Shown here: piece by piece, positions 25,518 to 39,072 of the stretch | How the letters are laid out: the number at the start of each line of letters is the position of its first letter | How positions within the stretch are numbered: the stretch's first letter is position 1 | DNA from: Mobula birostris | Taxonomy: Eukaryota | Reading direction: 5' to 3' | Assembly: GCF_030028105.1 (NCBI RefSeq) | Contig: NC_092383.1 | Coordinates: forward strand, 86,695,921-86,759,920 | Length of the DNA stretch: 64,000 nt | Program-made: the position numbers and the translations under genes | The notes under the pieces: generated by a model | The model's input: only the letters and a program-made list of their open reading frames with translations | Told to the model about the DNA's origin: nothing | Database searches by the model: none

Positions 25518-25735
25518 GAGATACTTTATTGTCGCCAAACAACTGACACTAGAACGTACAATCATCACAGTGATATTTGATTCTGCACTTCCAACTCCCT
25601 GGATTACAAATCGATAGTAAATATTAAACATTTAAATTATAAATCATAAATAGAAAATAGAAAAATGGAAAGTAAGGCAGTGCAAAAAAACCGAGAGGCA
25701 GGTCCGGATATTTGGAGGGCACGGTTCAGATAAAA
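25518..25735 (-). repeat. Young 5'-truncated retroposon 3' end; near-identical copy at about 30833-31070
   Basis: atactttattgtcgccaaac...gagaggcaggtcc present twice with high identity. Confidence 0.75.
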
Positions 25736-26663
25736 GACTGAAACTGAATGTGGATGGCATCAGAGCAAGGCACAAAGTCTTTGTTGTTTGCAGTCAACAA
25801 CATTTAATGGAGCAGTTTAGAGTTGCAAGTATTCAGGGAGTGGATCCCAGAGCTGAGAACCAGGACAACTGATGCCAAAGTGACAAGCAGTGAGATTAAG
25901 CAAGTGCAGATGGACCAGAGGGAAGATCTAGGACAGATCAGCAACCTGTGGAAATGTGGAGAGACAGTGGATGTAAGTGAGAAGATTTTGAACCCTATTG
26001 ACCATTTATTCCAAGTGGCCAAAGATCTTATCAACTGCAGTGTCCAGTTAAAAATTCATCAGGTAGTCAGACAGAACAAGCATTCAGCATATTGTAGAAA
26101 ATATCATTAACAAAGATGGCTGATAATTGATCCAAGAATCGGCAATATGTTTGGAGTGATGTTGTCAGCATTGAAAGGTACAGTGAGAAAGCGGGTAGCT
26201 GAGGGCAGCTTATGACCACAGAAAAGGAGAGCTTTTTATTCACTTGCAGACAACAAATTTTACAATATATGTCAATAATATTAAACCTGATGCTGATTCT
26301 GGGTGTTAGAGTGAACTTTCTTTATATTTCTGATTTTGCTTCAGTGGGGAAATATGAAATGTCGACTGAATAATCGCTGAACACAAATATAGAATTAGAA
26401 AAGTTCCCATTTTTAACAGTAAAGCCAGAGCCAGACTCACCTTGTGCCCATCAGTAAAAATATTAAAGAATGTGGCCACTCTGAGGATGAGCTCAGTAAA
26501 ATACTATGGTTCTTTTTAAGGAAATGCTGGATAATACTGAAGAGAGAATGAACAGAAGGATATGCTAAAGAAGAGTGATGTGAGGAGATTTGTGTATGGT
26601 ATGGGGTGAATGGCCTGATTTGTTTGCTGTAAATTTTAAAACATTCACAGTTCAAGCCCTTAC

Positions 26664-26710
26664 CTGGGTTTCATTCTTGCGTGTTCTGTGAAACATCTTG
26701 AACTTGGTTT
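26664..26710 (-). CDS. Gene B exon: membrane-proximal cytoplasmic segment (ETKFKMFHRTRKNETQ)
   Basis: ttttccag acceptor and CAG|gtaag donor, 47 nt. Phase 1-0 exactly bridges the TM and terminal exons. Confidence 0.78.
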
Positions 26711-27375
26711 CTGGAAAATACAATATCACCTTTGAAAATTCCTGTCAGTAACAGGGTTAATTGTCCATGTGTTGCGTGCAAAACCTTGGTTCCACTACAG
26801 GCATGAATCGCCACATAGAGCCAGAATATGCTTTGGCCACTGCACACAACATCAGAACAAACAGAATCATTTTCTATAAGTGCTCAACTCAATAATGAAC
26901 CTCAAAGACGTGTGCTCTTCCCATTATTCCCATCAGGGAGGAAGTACAGAAGCCTGAAGCCAGATTCTCAGTGATTCAGGAACAGCTTGTTCCCTTTCAT
27001 AATCAGATATCTGAACAATCCATGAACCTATAAACATTACTTTATTCCTTTTTAGCTCTTTTTACTTATCTTTGTAATTTACAGCATACGGATGAGATCA
27101 TGTTAACAGAAAATGCCGGAAGTACTGCTTCTGCCTGGGGAAAGAGAAGCAGTGAGCAGTCCAGCTCCTGAGAACTTCATCAGAATAACTGCCTGACCTA
27201 CCATTTCCCGTATTTATTTCTGCTTCAGATTTCAACCCCAGCAGGTTTTTGATTTTCAGTCAAGTATGTCCTTAACGCTATTACTTTTTATTAAGAACCA
27301 AACAAAATCTCTCAATGCAGTGCAGCAAATTCTCACAAAATATCATGAAAATACTTTAAAAAGTTCAAAACTCAC

Positions 27376-27467
27376 CCTTGAGTTTAGAGTTTAGGCACCA
27401 AATTAGGCAAATGAGAAAAACCATGGCAAGAACTCCAGTGACACTGAGCACGACTATGGGAATGAGT
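27376..27467 (-). CDS. Gene B exon: uncharged transmembrane segment (LIPIVVLSVTGVLAMVFLICLIWCLNSKLK)
   Basis: tgtttgtaccacag acceptor and G|gtgag donor, 92 nt, phase 2-1; about 23 hydrophobic residues. Confidence 0.88.
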
Positions 27468-28414
27468 CTGTGGTACAAACAACAAGAAGGCATCAGCCTT
27501 GGTTCACATTGATTCTTGGCTAATAGTAAGCAATGAGCATCTGGCATTTACTCAACTTATTATACGTTATATGTGTTTCTAGTTTCTGATTGCTCCTTTT
27601 TATTGCTATTGTGTTCGCTTTTGATTGGGGCAGACTGTCTCTACAGTCTGCAGTCAACGACACATTGCTAAATTGAACTGAAGTGAACTAAACTGTTTCA
27701 ATGACTCTGTAATTTATTCTGTGTTTTTCACTCATTTTTTTTGCCATCTGCATATTTGTTCTTTTCTTTTTGTGCGTTGGGTGTTGGATATTTTCTTTGA
27801 ACAGGTTCCATTGTGTTTTTCTGTTTCGGGGCCGCCTGTGGGAAGACAAATCTCAGGGTTGTATACTGCACACATACTATGATAATCAATATACCTGCAA
27901 TCTTTGAACTCCACTCATGACCTCAGGATGTGTGCAGCCCAGTAAGTGAGGTGTTGGATATTGTTGCAGTGTAGAAATGCAGCAGCAAATATATGCCTAG
28001 CAAGATCCCATAAGCAACCATGTGATAATGACCAATGATAATGATAGAGATAAGTATTGTGCAGGCCATAAGGAAGCGGCAATTTGCTCCTCACTGAATA
28101 TTACACGGGGACTGCACCATCCACCTGAAAGCACTGATTGAGTCATTTTAATCCAACAGATGACACTAATAACCATGCAACCCTCCTTAGCCCTTCTCAC
28201 CAAGATATTGACCCAACAATTTGCAGTCGGACCTAAACACTACATTTAGAAGCCAACCCCAACCTCAGTGGTGAAGTCTGCTCTTGCAAGGCCAGCAAAG
28301 TGTCAGTCCCCTTAAGGGGAGGGGTGGAGGAGGCAGAGCAAACAAGGCCCAGGAAACTGATGTAAAATCCTTTACTGTTAGACAAACTCCTCCCACCCAC
28401 ATGACTTTCTGTCC

Positions 28415-28900
28415 ACCAGTCAAATCTTTTTATTAATTTTCCAAAATTATAAACAGAATAACAGTATTGATAGAGAGATTGGAATAATCTCACTGTTGAC
28501 AAATGTGTACAAAAAAAGACTTAAAATAATACAAGTATACAGTAATAGACTTCCAAACTCTTAATATAGTTAATCATAGGGACAAAACAAATAAAAAGAA
28601 AAAAAATGCAAAGAACCCCCCCCCCAAAAAAAAACTAAATACTAAACCCGGAAAAAAAAGCAAACGGAACAAAACAAGGCTAGACCAGTACTTAAATCGA
28701 ATACGTTCAATAATGTCATCAACTCCCCTCCTCTATTCATATATTTTAAGTTAATAGAAGGATTCAGAAAAGGTCAAATTACATCATATGAAAATGTTGA
28801 ATAAATGGTTTCCAAGTTTCTTCAAATTTAACCAAAGGATCAACAATGTCACTTCTAAGTTTTTCTAAATTTAAACATGATATAGTTTGGGAAAACACCA
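28415..28900 (-). mobile_element. L1 3' end
   Basis: FSQTISCLNLEK.RSDIVDPLVKFEETWKPFIQHFHMM* on the minus strand; same subfamily as 56628-56985. Confidence 0.8.
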
Positions 28901-28924
28901 GTCAAATCTATGAAATGTTTTGAT

Positions 28925-29420
28925 TACAGTCATAGTCATAGACAAGTACAGCACAGAAGCAGGCCTTTTGGCCCACCTAGTCCATGCAAAAACCATTTAA
29001 ACTGTCTACTCCCATCGACCTGCAGCAGGACCATAACCCTCCATACCCCTACTATCCATGAACCTATCCAAACTTCTCCTAAATGTTGAATTTGAGCTTG
29101 TATGCACTACTTGGTCTGGCAGCTCATTCCATTCTCACGACCCTCTGAGTAAAGAATTTTCCGCTCGTGTTCCTCTTAAACTTCTCACCTTTCACCCTCA
29201 ACTCATGACCTCTGATTGTAGTCCTACCCAACCTCAGTGGGAAATGGTTGCTTGCATTTACCCTATCAATACCCCATCATAATTCTGTATACTTCTATCA
29301 AATCTCCTTTCAGTCTTATGCATTCTAAAGAATATAGTCCGAACCTGTTCAATCTTTCCCTATAAATCAGGTTCTCCAGACCTGGTAACATCCTTGTAAA
29401 TTTTCTCTGTACTCTTCTGG
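28925..29420 (-). mobile_element. CR1 3' end
   Basis: QRVVRMEWAAR..GSWIGSMEGYG-type terminus; (gactat)n tail. Confidence 0.8.
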
Positions 29421-29732
29421 CAGGGAGATTAATGAAAGAAATCACACTATTTAAGGAAATTTGAAATCATTGAAAATCTATGTAAAAAAAAAATTTATAA
29501 AAATTTTCAAGCACTGCTTTTAGGAATCTGAACAGTGGTACTGTTTTTGGGAGATTCTGGGCTGATATGTACAGACCTCATTGCAAATACACTCACATCG
29601 TGAGCATCTCATAAAAGGACAATCCTCAGACTATGTTGTTTTCTCCCAAATAATTGTCCCATAAAAGTACTTCTAGTCAAACGGTCAGCATTGAGACCAT
29701 TGCATTATCTAATGTAACCGGATCGAGTTTAC

Positions 29733-29820
29733 CTTTGTCTATCATTGTCTCTTATTTCTGGATTTGTAGAAGGAGTTGTTACTGATTCAGTTCCAGAACT
29801 TTCACAAGTATATCCAGACC
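29733..29820 (-). CDS. Gene B exon: Ser/Thr-rich stalk (GSGYTCESSGTESVTTPSTNPEIRDNDRQR)
   Basis: ttccttgtctccacag acceptor and AG|gtaaac donor, 88 nt, phase 1-2. Confidence 0.85.
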
Positions 29821-29984
29821 CTGTGGAGACAAGGAAATAAAATTCAGTTTAAACTTTGTTTCCGCCTTTATTCAAGTTAGAGAGCATTGAAATCTATTGA
29901 ATATTGAAAGACTTAATCCTAATCTTGCGCATGCCTGCAAATAGAACAGAGGGATCACAAAATATTTTCCACTCAGTTGCTGAG

Positions 29985-30630
29985 AAATTATCCAAGTACT
30001 AGGCTTTATAAGACTTGGCCAGACTGCACTTGGAATATGGTGAGCAGTTTTGGGCTCCTTATTGAAGAAAGGATGTGCTGTCATCGCAGACGGTCTAGTG
30101 CAGGGTTTCCTAACCTTTTTTATGCCAATGGGCCTTACCATCAGCCAAGGGATCCATGGACTCCCAAGTTGGGAAGCCCTAGTCTAGGAGAGCTTGATGC
30201 AAATGATCCTGGGAATGAAAGGATTAAAGTATGAGGAGTGTTTTCCTGTACTCACTGGAGTTTCAAAAAATGAGAGGTGATCTTATTGAACCTATCAAAT
30301 ATTGAAAGGCCTAGACAGCGTGGATGTGGAGAGGATGTTTTCTAGAGTAGGTGAGTCTCGATCCAGAGAGCATAGTCACAGAATAAAAAGATGCCCCTTT
30401 AAAATAGATTTGAGGAGGAATTTCGTTAGCCAGCAGGTGCTATAGATGGCTGTAGAGGCTAAGTCATTGGGTATATTTAAAGCGGAAGTTGATAGATTCT
30501 TGACTAGTAAAGACATCAAAGTTTATGTGGAAAAGGCATGAGAATGGGGTTGAGAGGAATAATAAATCAGCCAAGATTGAATGGCGGAGTACTTGATGGG
30601 CCAAATGACCTAATTCTGCTCCTAAATCTT
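29985..30630 (+). mobile_element. CR1 3' portion
   Basis: RLYKTW(V)RLHLEY...MRGDLIE...RNF motifs. Confidence 0.85.
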
Positions 30631-30649
30631 ATGATCTTTGATATATAGT

Positions 30650-31345
30650 ACACTAGGGCAATTCACAATATGTAGCACTGAAGAGGATGAGGAAATCTAC
30701 TATAATATTTTCTGACTGCCAACAGCTGAGAGTGTTTATGAGTTGGGAGGCAGATAGATCTCCATGGATCTCCAGTTTCCTCCTCCTGAAGACAATAATC
30801 AGATCCTTGGTCTTGCTGACTTTATACTTTATACTTTATTGTCGCCAAACAATTTATACTAGAACGTACAATCATCACAGCGATATTTGATTCTGCTCTT
30901 CCTGCTCCCGGAAATGAAAATTGATAGTAAATATTAAAAATTTTAATTATAAATCATAAACAGAAAATAGAAAAATGGAAAGTAAGGTAGTGCAAAAAAA
31001 CTGAGAGGCAGGTCCAGATGTTTGGAGGCTACGCCCCAGATCCAGATCAAGATCTGTTCAGCAGTCTCAGACTTTGAGTAAGAGGTTGTGTTGTTGTGGT
31101 AGTACTCAGCCAGAATGCGAGTTCGTCACCAGCTTTGACTTGGCCAATGACAGTGGGGTGGCAGCAAACGTAAATATGCCATTGGAGCTGTGCTTAGCCT
31201 CACAGTCAGAATTATAAAGCAAGTAGAGCAGGGAGCTAAGCACACAGCCTTGTGTCGCACCTGTGCTGATGGTGACTGTGGGTGAGATGTTGCTGCCAAT
31301 CCGAACAGACTGGGACTGGACTTCTCCAGTTCCTGCATCACCCAT
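30650..31345 (-). mobile_element. Rex1/Babar RT fragment with nested insertion
   Basis: TISTGATQGCVLSSLLY...FA(DD)T...ELIVDFR motifs. Confidence 0.75.
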
Positions 31346-32199
31346 GACAATTTCCATCAGAAATGCATCCCATGGGCATTACTACCTACATCTTTCACTG
31401 CAGCAGGATTTGGAGACAGAAGGTGAGCATGGTTCATGTCACCAAGGACAAGGAGTAGGGCAGGTGGACTCAGGAACCAGGGATTATACAGGAAATTGGA
31501 GTTGGATAATTGATTGGTCCCAAGGGAACAGGGTGGTACAGAACTATGCACATGGTGAGCAGTAAGAGAACTGTGAAATATGGGAACACTTCATAGTCTG
31601 GGAGGTGGGCTTAGTGAAAAGAAAGATCAGATAATGGCTTCAGTGGGGCATTTCAGGGCGAGAATCTTGGAGACATGACTAAAATGGTTATTAGATCAAT
31701 GCACCTGTTGGGAGAAAACCCTTTGGTGGGGAAAGTGTTGACAGTAAAGTTCCAGGAAGTTGGTTGAAAATAAAGCAGAGTAAAGGGCTGAAAATAAGCG
31801 GATTACAAGGAAAACTGAAGTAGGAATCATGTCTGAGAGAGGCCTGAGGAAGCTTGCCAATAAAACAGAGGAAAGAGCTGTGTGAATGTACATAACAGCA
31901 CAAATGAATAAGCCAGAGGCACATGTCTGGTTGATGCAATAGGTTTCAAAGAATCAAAGTTTCAGGTAGAGTGAAATTGGGACCTTAACATTAGAGTTTA
32001 TAACTCTTATTCATTAGGAGCAAGATATGGCAAAAAAAATAACAAAATGTTACCCGTTAAAATTAAAAACAAGAGAGAAGACCAACATTAATGATGGCTC
32101 CAAGGCACTATAAGGTTGTTTTAAAGTCCATTGAGTTCTCTACTGTCCTCTAGGGAAGAAGATTCACTATCCTTACCTGGCCTGTCTGATGACAGCAAA

Positions 32200-32580
32200 A
32201 CCATTAAATCTGCTTCACTCTTCTCCCTCTCCCTCATTCCCCTTCTTCCATTCCCTACTCTAGCTCCCTTCTTATCCCTTCTCTTCTCCACATCTGCTTG
32301 TTATCTCCTCTTGGCGCCCCTCCTACGCCACTTTCTCCCATAGTTCACTCTTCTTTCCTGTTAGATTTTCCACCTGTCACCTCCCAGCTTCTTACTTCCT
32401 CCTCCCTCCCCTACCCACCTGGCTTCACCTACCACCTTCTAGCTTGTACTCCTTCCCCTCCCCCCACCTTCTTGTTCCAGCATATCCCCCCTGTCCTTTC
32501 CAGTCTTGATGAAGGGTTTCAGCCTGAACCTTTCCTTTTCAAAGATACTACATGGCCTGCTAAGATCCTCCAGCATTTTG
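32200..32580 (+). repeat. Penelope-associated pyrimidine-rich tail repeat; similar copies at 39600-40010 and 61270-61360 (-)
   Basis: cagtcttgatgaagggtttcagcctgaa...ggcctgctaagatcctccagcattttg terminus. Confidence 0.6.
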
Positions 32581-33229
32581 TAAAGTGTTACATGCTCCTA
32601 AGTGTGCTGAGAAGCCTCCTGTTCATATTTTTGTTTTGTAAGAGACGTGTTACCTTGTACTTCATGAGGAACTACAGAAAGGCTCCTCCTTTCATATCAT
32701 TCCCTTGCATGTTTCTCCTCCAACTTGAATCAGCAGCTCTTCACTTCCCTTTTAGAAGTGTTTTTTGGTTCTGTGCCTCAGCAGCAATTCCACTTCATCA
32801 GGATCATTTGCATCAGTAAATTTCTCATAATCCCTGACTATATGAAATTTATGTTTTCTAGTACTAACTCACTAACTGGTAGACCTATACTCATTTTTCC
32901 AAAATCCTGATAATTTTGAGTGCACCCAGCAGCTAATAATCTCTGTATTGATATCTCTCCCCTCAAAACTAAAACTGCTCACTTCTGATGTTAATGGTAT
33001 CCCAACCTACTTACACCATCTCCTGGACATCCTCTCTAAACTAGGTTACACCACTCTGCAGCACTTCCAACTTTTCACATTCCTTTATTTGTGTCCTTTC
33101 TCTTTATAGCTTTAAGTTCATAACTTTTATTCATCTGTCCAGTTTTCTCTTCTCTTCCTCTTTAATCCAATGATCAGATTTCCTCCATAATATGCTCCCA
33201 TGACAATCTTGGTCTCTCCCTATCATTAA

Positions 33230-33796
33230 TACACCAGAGGATTCTTTATTAGGTACTCCTTTACACCTGCTCATTAATGCAAATATCCATCAGCCCAATG
33301 ATGTGGCAGCAACTCAATGCATAAAAGCATGTGGACATGGTCAAGCAGTTCAGTTGTTGTTCAGATCAAACATGAGAATGAAGGAGAAAAGTGACCTAAG
33401 TGACTTTGACTGTGGAATGATTGTTGGCGCTGGATGGGGTGGTTTGAGTATCTCAGAATCTGCTGACCTCCTGGGCTTTTCACATATAACTGTCTCTAGC
33501 ATTTATAGAGAACGGTGCAAATAAACGAAAAAAAAAATCATTTAGTGAGCAGCAGTTCCGTGGGTGAAAGGACCTCATTATTGAGAGTTTATATGAAAAT
33601 GGTCAGACTGGTTCAAGCCGACAGAAAGGCAACGTGTTTCCTGACTCTGCTGATGTATTACAAGAGTGGTGTTCAGAACAGCATCTCTGAATGTACAACA
33701 CATCAAATCTTAAAGTGAGTTGGCTACAGTAGCAGAGCATGCACTGGGTAACCACTTCGTTAGGTACAGGAGGTGTCTGAGTGGTCACTAAGTGTA
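33230..33796 (+). mobile_element. Tc1 non-autonomous derivative
   Basis: ctttattaggtac...gtggtcactaagtgta; aligns with the other Tc1 copies. Confidence 0.75.
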
Positions 33797-35183
33797 CTTG
33801 CTTCGTTATATTCATCACTCTCCCTGCAACTGAAAGCTAACTCTTCTCAACTTCTTATGAAGAGTCTTCAAACTGAAATGTTAGCTCTGTTTGCCTCTCC
33901 ACAGATGCAGCCTGAACTGCCGAGTGCAATTTCAAGCTTTTATGTTTTTCAGACTTGCAATTTTTTGATTTCCATGATCTACATCAGATGTGTTCCAGAT
34001 TTCTCAGAGTGATATGATCCAAATGACATTATCATTTATAAAAGCAGAGCTAAGCAGATTCTAGTGGAGGCAGGTACACTAGTGAAGTTCAAGAGATTAC
34101 TAGACAGGTATATGGATGAATTTAAGGTGGGGGGTTATATGGGAGGCAGGGTCTGAGGGTCGGCACAACATTGTGGGCCAAAGGGCCTGTACTGTGCTGT
34201 ACTATCCTATGTTCTATATTCTATATTAATCATAATTCTGTGCTCCTGTAGTTCTGAACTCTTTTGTACTCCAACTGTGTTTTATCCATGTTTTGAGATT
34301 CATTACAAATGCATACCAACATTCAGCAGGTCAGGCAAAAGAAACAGAGATACTTACAGATCAGAGAACCATTGCCCAAACTGGAGCCAACCCAAAACAG
34401 TAGGGTTCCAGAACTGCTTCTCTTTCCTCAGATGCTGCCTGACCTGATGAGTATGTCCAAAATTTTATGCTTTTATTTTGAATTTTCAACATCTGCGGAA
34501 GATTTTCTTTTTTAAAATTTACTTTTATGATTTAGTAATTCTGCCACAAGCCGGGAAAAGAGGGTGGCCTCCATCAGGGTGGTGAATCTGTGGAAGTCAT
34601 TGCCAAAGACGGCTGTGGAGGCCAGGCCATTCAGAGCATTTAAAGCGGAGGTTGATAGATTCTTGATCAGTCAAGGCATGAACAGACTCGATGGGCTGAA
34701 TGGCCTAATTCCGCTCCAATGTCTTATGGTCTTATAAGTGTTAATATATCCACATTGAGGGATATGGGTTTTTTTTTCAAAGTGACTGAGAGATCTAAAT
34801 CAGGAACTTGGCATTCATTTTGTTTTTTATACAGCATTGTGGTTATTCCAGATGGTCAGCAACTGGATAACATACCTCACTCTTCAATGCCTTCAGGGCA
34901 CTAATCTAGGAGTATGTTGGAACGATTTCCATTTGCCTGAAATAATGCAAACCACTCTGCAAGATTTCCAACTGTTAGTGTTATCATAATGGGCACATTA
35001 AACATCATGAAAGGCATCATAAATAAACCCTCTATGCAGCAGCAGCACAGCACCCTGGCACCAGTGTGTGACATCTACAAAACACCAGGAAGCACATGAC
35101 TATCACCATTAAGGCAAAATCATCAGACGCATAGCATGCAGTGAAATAATCAGCTCTCGAGCAAACGGACAAATGCAGCTTAC

Positions 35184-35498
35184 CAGTGATGGTAGTATTT
35201 GAAGTATCTGTACATTTTTCTATAATGTTGGAGGCTGTCACATCCAATATCTCACTGTTTTTTTTCCCACAATAATTTGAGGCAGTGCAGTAATACTGTT
35301 GGTGTTTGAAGGATTGACAATGTAGATCCAATGTATTGGTGTTTGAGATCATTGTATCCTCATACAGGGCCTTTTCATACCACGCGTACTGAATGGGAAG
35401 CGATCCTTGAACAGACTCACAGGACACTGACAGTGAGTTCTGAAAACCTGAAGCATTTGCTGATGGCAGAAATCTAAGCACAGGTCCAGACACACATT
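35184..35498 (-). CDS. Gene B exon: C2-type Ig domain
   Basis: cctttcccacag acceptor and G|gtaagc donor, 315 nt, phase 1-1. ECVSGPVLRF...VSCESVQGSLPIQYAWY...YYCTASN. Confidence 0.9.
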
Positions 35499-35899
35499 CT
35501 GTGGGAAAGGATCAAACATTCAGATATTGAGTGAACATCTAAAAATAAAACACTGTCCAATTTTTAGTACTTCTGTATCTCAGCCCAGACCCACCAGCTT
35601 GGGATCTCAGCAGCTCAACTCCCCCTCAGTGTCTCTGTATCGTCCCAGCTGCCACATCTGCCATTATCCCTGAACACAGCAGGACTCCAGATCAGGACAG
35701 CAGTGATGACACTGAGACTGTGATAATCAAGGCTACAATCTCTCTCAGCAGTAGGAAACCAGCTCCCAGTGGTGATGTATGCATGTTCTACTGGTTTGGC
35801 ACTTTGATGGGCATAAGTCAGAAAGTATCCTGGAAAACCTAAGCAGGACATTAGCATAGGAATTTGTGACATATATATCACATGTTCTGTGGCTTCAGA

Positions 35900-37110
35900 G
35901 TCATAAAGCTGTTGTTACACAGCATGGAAACAAGCCCTTCAGTCTATCTCATTTGAGCTGACCAGATTGTCTACTTGTAAACTAGTCCTGTTTCCCTGCA
36001 TTTGTCACATATCCCTCTATACATTTCATCCATGTACCTGTTTCAATATACTTTAAGTGTTGTAGTTGTACCCATGTCCATAGGAGGCTTTATCAATGTA
36101 CCCATCACCCACTTGGTGAAAAACGTCGCTCCTCATATCCTTTCTAAATCTTCCCTCTCTCACTTTAAATGCGTGCCCTCTGTTTTTAGATTACATTAGC
36201 CCAGGAATAGGGCTTTTGCCATTATCAATGCCCCTCCTGTATTTTTTTACAAATCTCTGTAAAGCCAACACTCAGCCTCCTACACTGTAGAAGAAAAAGT
36301 CCATGCCTATCCAATCCCTTCTCATAATTTGAGCCCCCCAGGCTGATAAACTACTTTTACACCCATTCCAGGTTAATGACTTCAATCCTCTACCAAGATT
36401 ACCAGAACAGAGTATTCCAAATGCAGCTTCACAAATATCTTTTACTTGTATCTTTTAGATACAAATATCTTTTAGATGTAACTTGCCATTATAACTCTTG
36501 AACTCAGTCCCCTGACCATTAAAGGCAAGTGTGCCAAGTGCATTCTTCGCCATCCTGTCAAATTGTGTCTCACCTTTCAGGGAAATATCTACCTTTCTTT
36601 CTGTTATGTAACACTTCCCAGGGCCCTACCGTGTAGTTCTTCAGTCCTGCCCTAGTTTAACTTACCTAAGTGCAACAACTCACATTTATCTGCATTAAAT
36701 TTAATTTGCTATTTCTGACCCACTTCATACGTTGGTCGAAGTTTCTTTGTAAAATAGACCGCGTTTTACATTGCCCACTATACCACCAACTTTGTTGTCA
36801 TGTGCAAACTTATTAACCACATGGATAATGTCATCTTCCAGACTGATAACACTGATGATGCACAACAGTGGAACCAACATCAATCCCCTTAGCACATCAC
36901 TGGTTACAGACCTCTAACCTGGAAGCAACTCTACACCGCAATGGTCATACACCTTCCACCAAGACAAATTTTTTTCAGCTTATCCTGATTTCCATGTGAT
37001 CACACCTTCCAAATCAGTCTACAGTGCTGAAGCTCATGAAGATCACATCCACCGCTCTGCCCTTGGTTACCTTTTCTATAAACTCAATCAACTTCATGAA
37101 CGGGGTAGAG
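35900..37110 (-). mobile_element. Old CR1 RT fragment
   Basis: KGRAVDVIFMSFS, DVLRGLMLVPLL and FTKWVMGTL remnants. Confidence 0.7.
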
Positions 37111-37766
37111 AGTGGAATTGCGATTGGTTTCAGTGACTTGCAGCTGATATTTACACAGAGGTAGCAAGAGATCACGTCAGCCTGGAAAGCTAAGAAACTC
37201 CCTGGGAAGGTTGAGGTCGCCCAGAGTTTAACAGCAGGACTGTTGGAGACTGATTCCCTTATTATGACTTTTGAGGCATGCAGTCCATGAGCAATACTTT
37301 TGTTTCTCACTGATCTGTTACTGTTGGATTGTTCGTTTTAGTCTGAATGCAAACTGCTGACAGGGTGACATTTCATACAGTTCAGAGGCAGGACATATGT
37401 TCAACCTTCCGCTGGAGATCGGTGCCCAGTCAGTACGACAGATCCTCCACTAGGTGAGAGCAACAAGGGTGGGGTTTCCCAACTCCTGCCTGCTCCCCAT
37501 AGAGTGTTGCACTGTTGTGGAGTCTCAGAATACCGGTACTGCCCTAACTGTTCCCAGAGAAAGCTTAGAACTTGGAACAGTGCAGCACAGCCCTTCAGCC
37601 CATGATGTTATGATGAACTAATTAAACTCATAATTAATTACCTAACTAAACCAATCCATTCTGCATACACAATGTCCATAACTCTCAATTTTCTGCACAG
37701 TTAAATGCTCATCTAAAAGCCTCTTATCTGCCTCTATCATATTTGCCTCCAACATCACCCCTAGCA

Positions 37767-37963
37767 GTCAGCTGGTGGTGTAGTGGCATCAGCACTGGAC
37801 TTGGTCCCAGGTTCAAATCCAGCTGACTCCTTGCATGCTTTCTTTCCATGCTGGGTTGAGTGTCAAATTAGCAACCTGGCGTCATACAAAACAGACTAAG
37901 GCTAAGGAAACAGAAAAAAAGTCACCGGATGTGCCACAGGGCACGGAGAGGAACAACAACAAT
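37767..37963 (+). mobile_element. tRNA-derived SINE
   Basis: A box tggtgtagtgg at 37776-37786, B box ggttcaaatcc at 37810-37820, (aca)n tail. Confidence 0.7.
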
Positions 37964-38659
37964 AATCACCCCTGGCAGTGCATCACAGGCACCCATCACT
38001 CTAGGTGTAAAAATACTTGTCTCATTCATCTACTTTGAACTTGCCACACCTCACCTTAAAGCGTGCCCCCTACGATTCAACCCTGAGACAAAGATACTGT
38101 CTATCTACTCTGTCTATGCCTCTTGTTGTCTGATAAAGTTCAAAGTTCAAAGTCGAATTTATTATCCAAGTATATACATGTCATTCAGCCTCCAGCACTC
38201 CACAGAATACAAGCTAAGTTTGTCCAGCTCCTGTTTATAGCCCATGCCCTCTAATCCAGGCAACATCTTGGTAAATCTCTTTCCAAAGCTTCCACATTCT
38301 TCCTATAAGAGGGTAAACAGAACTAACACAAGACTGCAGATATGGTCCAACTAGTTCTATAAAGCTGCAACATAACATCCTGTCTCTTTAACGCAGTGCC
38401 TCAATCAATAATAGCAAGCACTACCACGCCCTCAACCTGAGCAGCTACTTTCGAGGAGCTTTAGACTTGCACGCGGAGATCCCTCTGTCAATCAGCATTG
38501 TTAATGCTCCTGCCATTACCTATGTACTGACCATTTACATTTGATCTTTCAAAGTGCAACACCTCACATATGGCTGGACTAAAGTCCAATTTGGGCAGAC
38601 TAAACTTCATGGATCAAATTTATTAGTGGGGACATAACATCAGTTACTGACAAACTTAC

Positions 38660-38980
38660 CAACAAGTACATGCAGATGTACATTTAATAACAGACCGAGA
38701 CCTGGTGTTGTAATTCCACAGCTGTACCATCCTGTATCTCCAGAGTGAAGATCCTCCATAGTAACAGTAAATATTCTCCGTTCCGGGTTATCTGTGATTG
38801 ACAATCGTCCACGCCGTCTGTGTTGCCCATTTGTTTCCACTAAAACTGAACATTGGCGAGTCCATCCATGGCACCAATACTTTGTGTGTGAGCGGTACTT
38901 TGCCTCATAGTAACAATCGATTGTAATCGCTCTTCCCACAACTCCTCTTACATATTCATCTGCCCACAATGCACCTGAAA
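38660..38980 (-). CDS. Gene B exon: second CD300/pIgR-like V domain (V2)
   Basis: cctcag|TTTCAG|GTGCA tandem acceptors (alternative start 38974) and G|gtaagt donor. VSGALWADEYVRGVVGRAITIDCYY...WCHGWTRQC...DTGWYSC. Confidence 0.88.
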
Positions 38981-39072
38981 CTGAGGGAGGTATTTTCAGA
39001 TTTGATGGAAAGGAAGAATTTAATGCAAATAAATAACATTGAAAGCACAAGGTTAACCACTAAGAAACCTAC

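Noticed and set aside
25740-26230. Possible LTR/Gypsy fragment (95-aa ORF)
   Set aside because: No diagnostic gag or pol motif could be identified by eye.
26441-26536. Possible extra gene B exon with a gtgagt donor
   Set aside because: The only open frame is phase 2-2, incompatible with the flanking phases; the 47-nt exon at 26664-26710 already bridges them.
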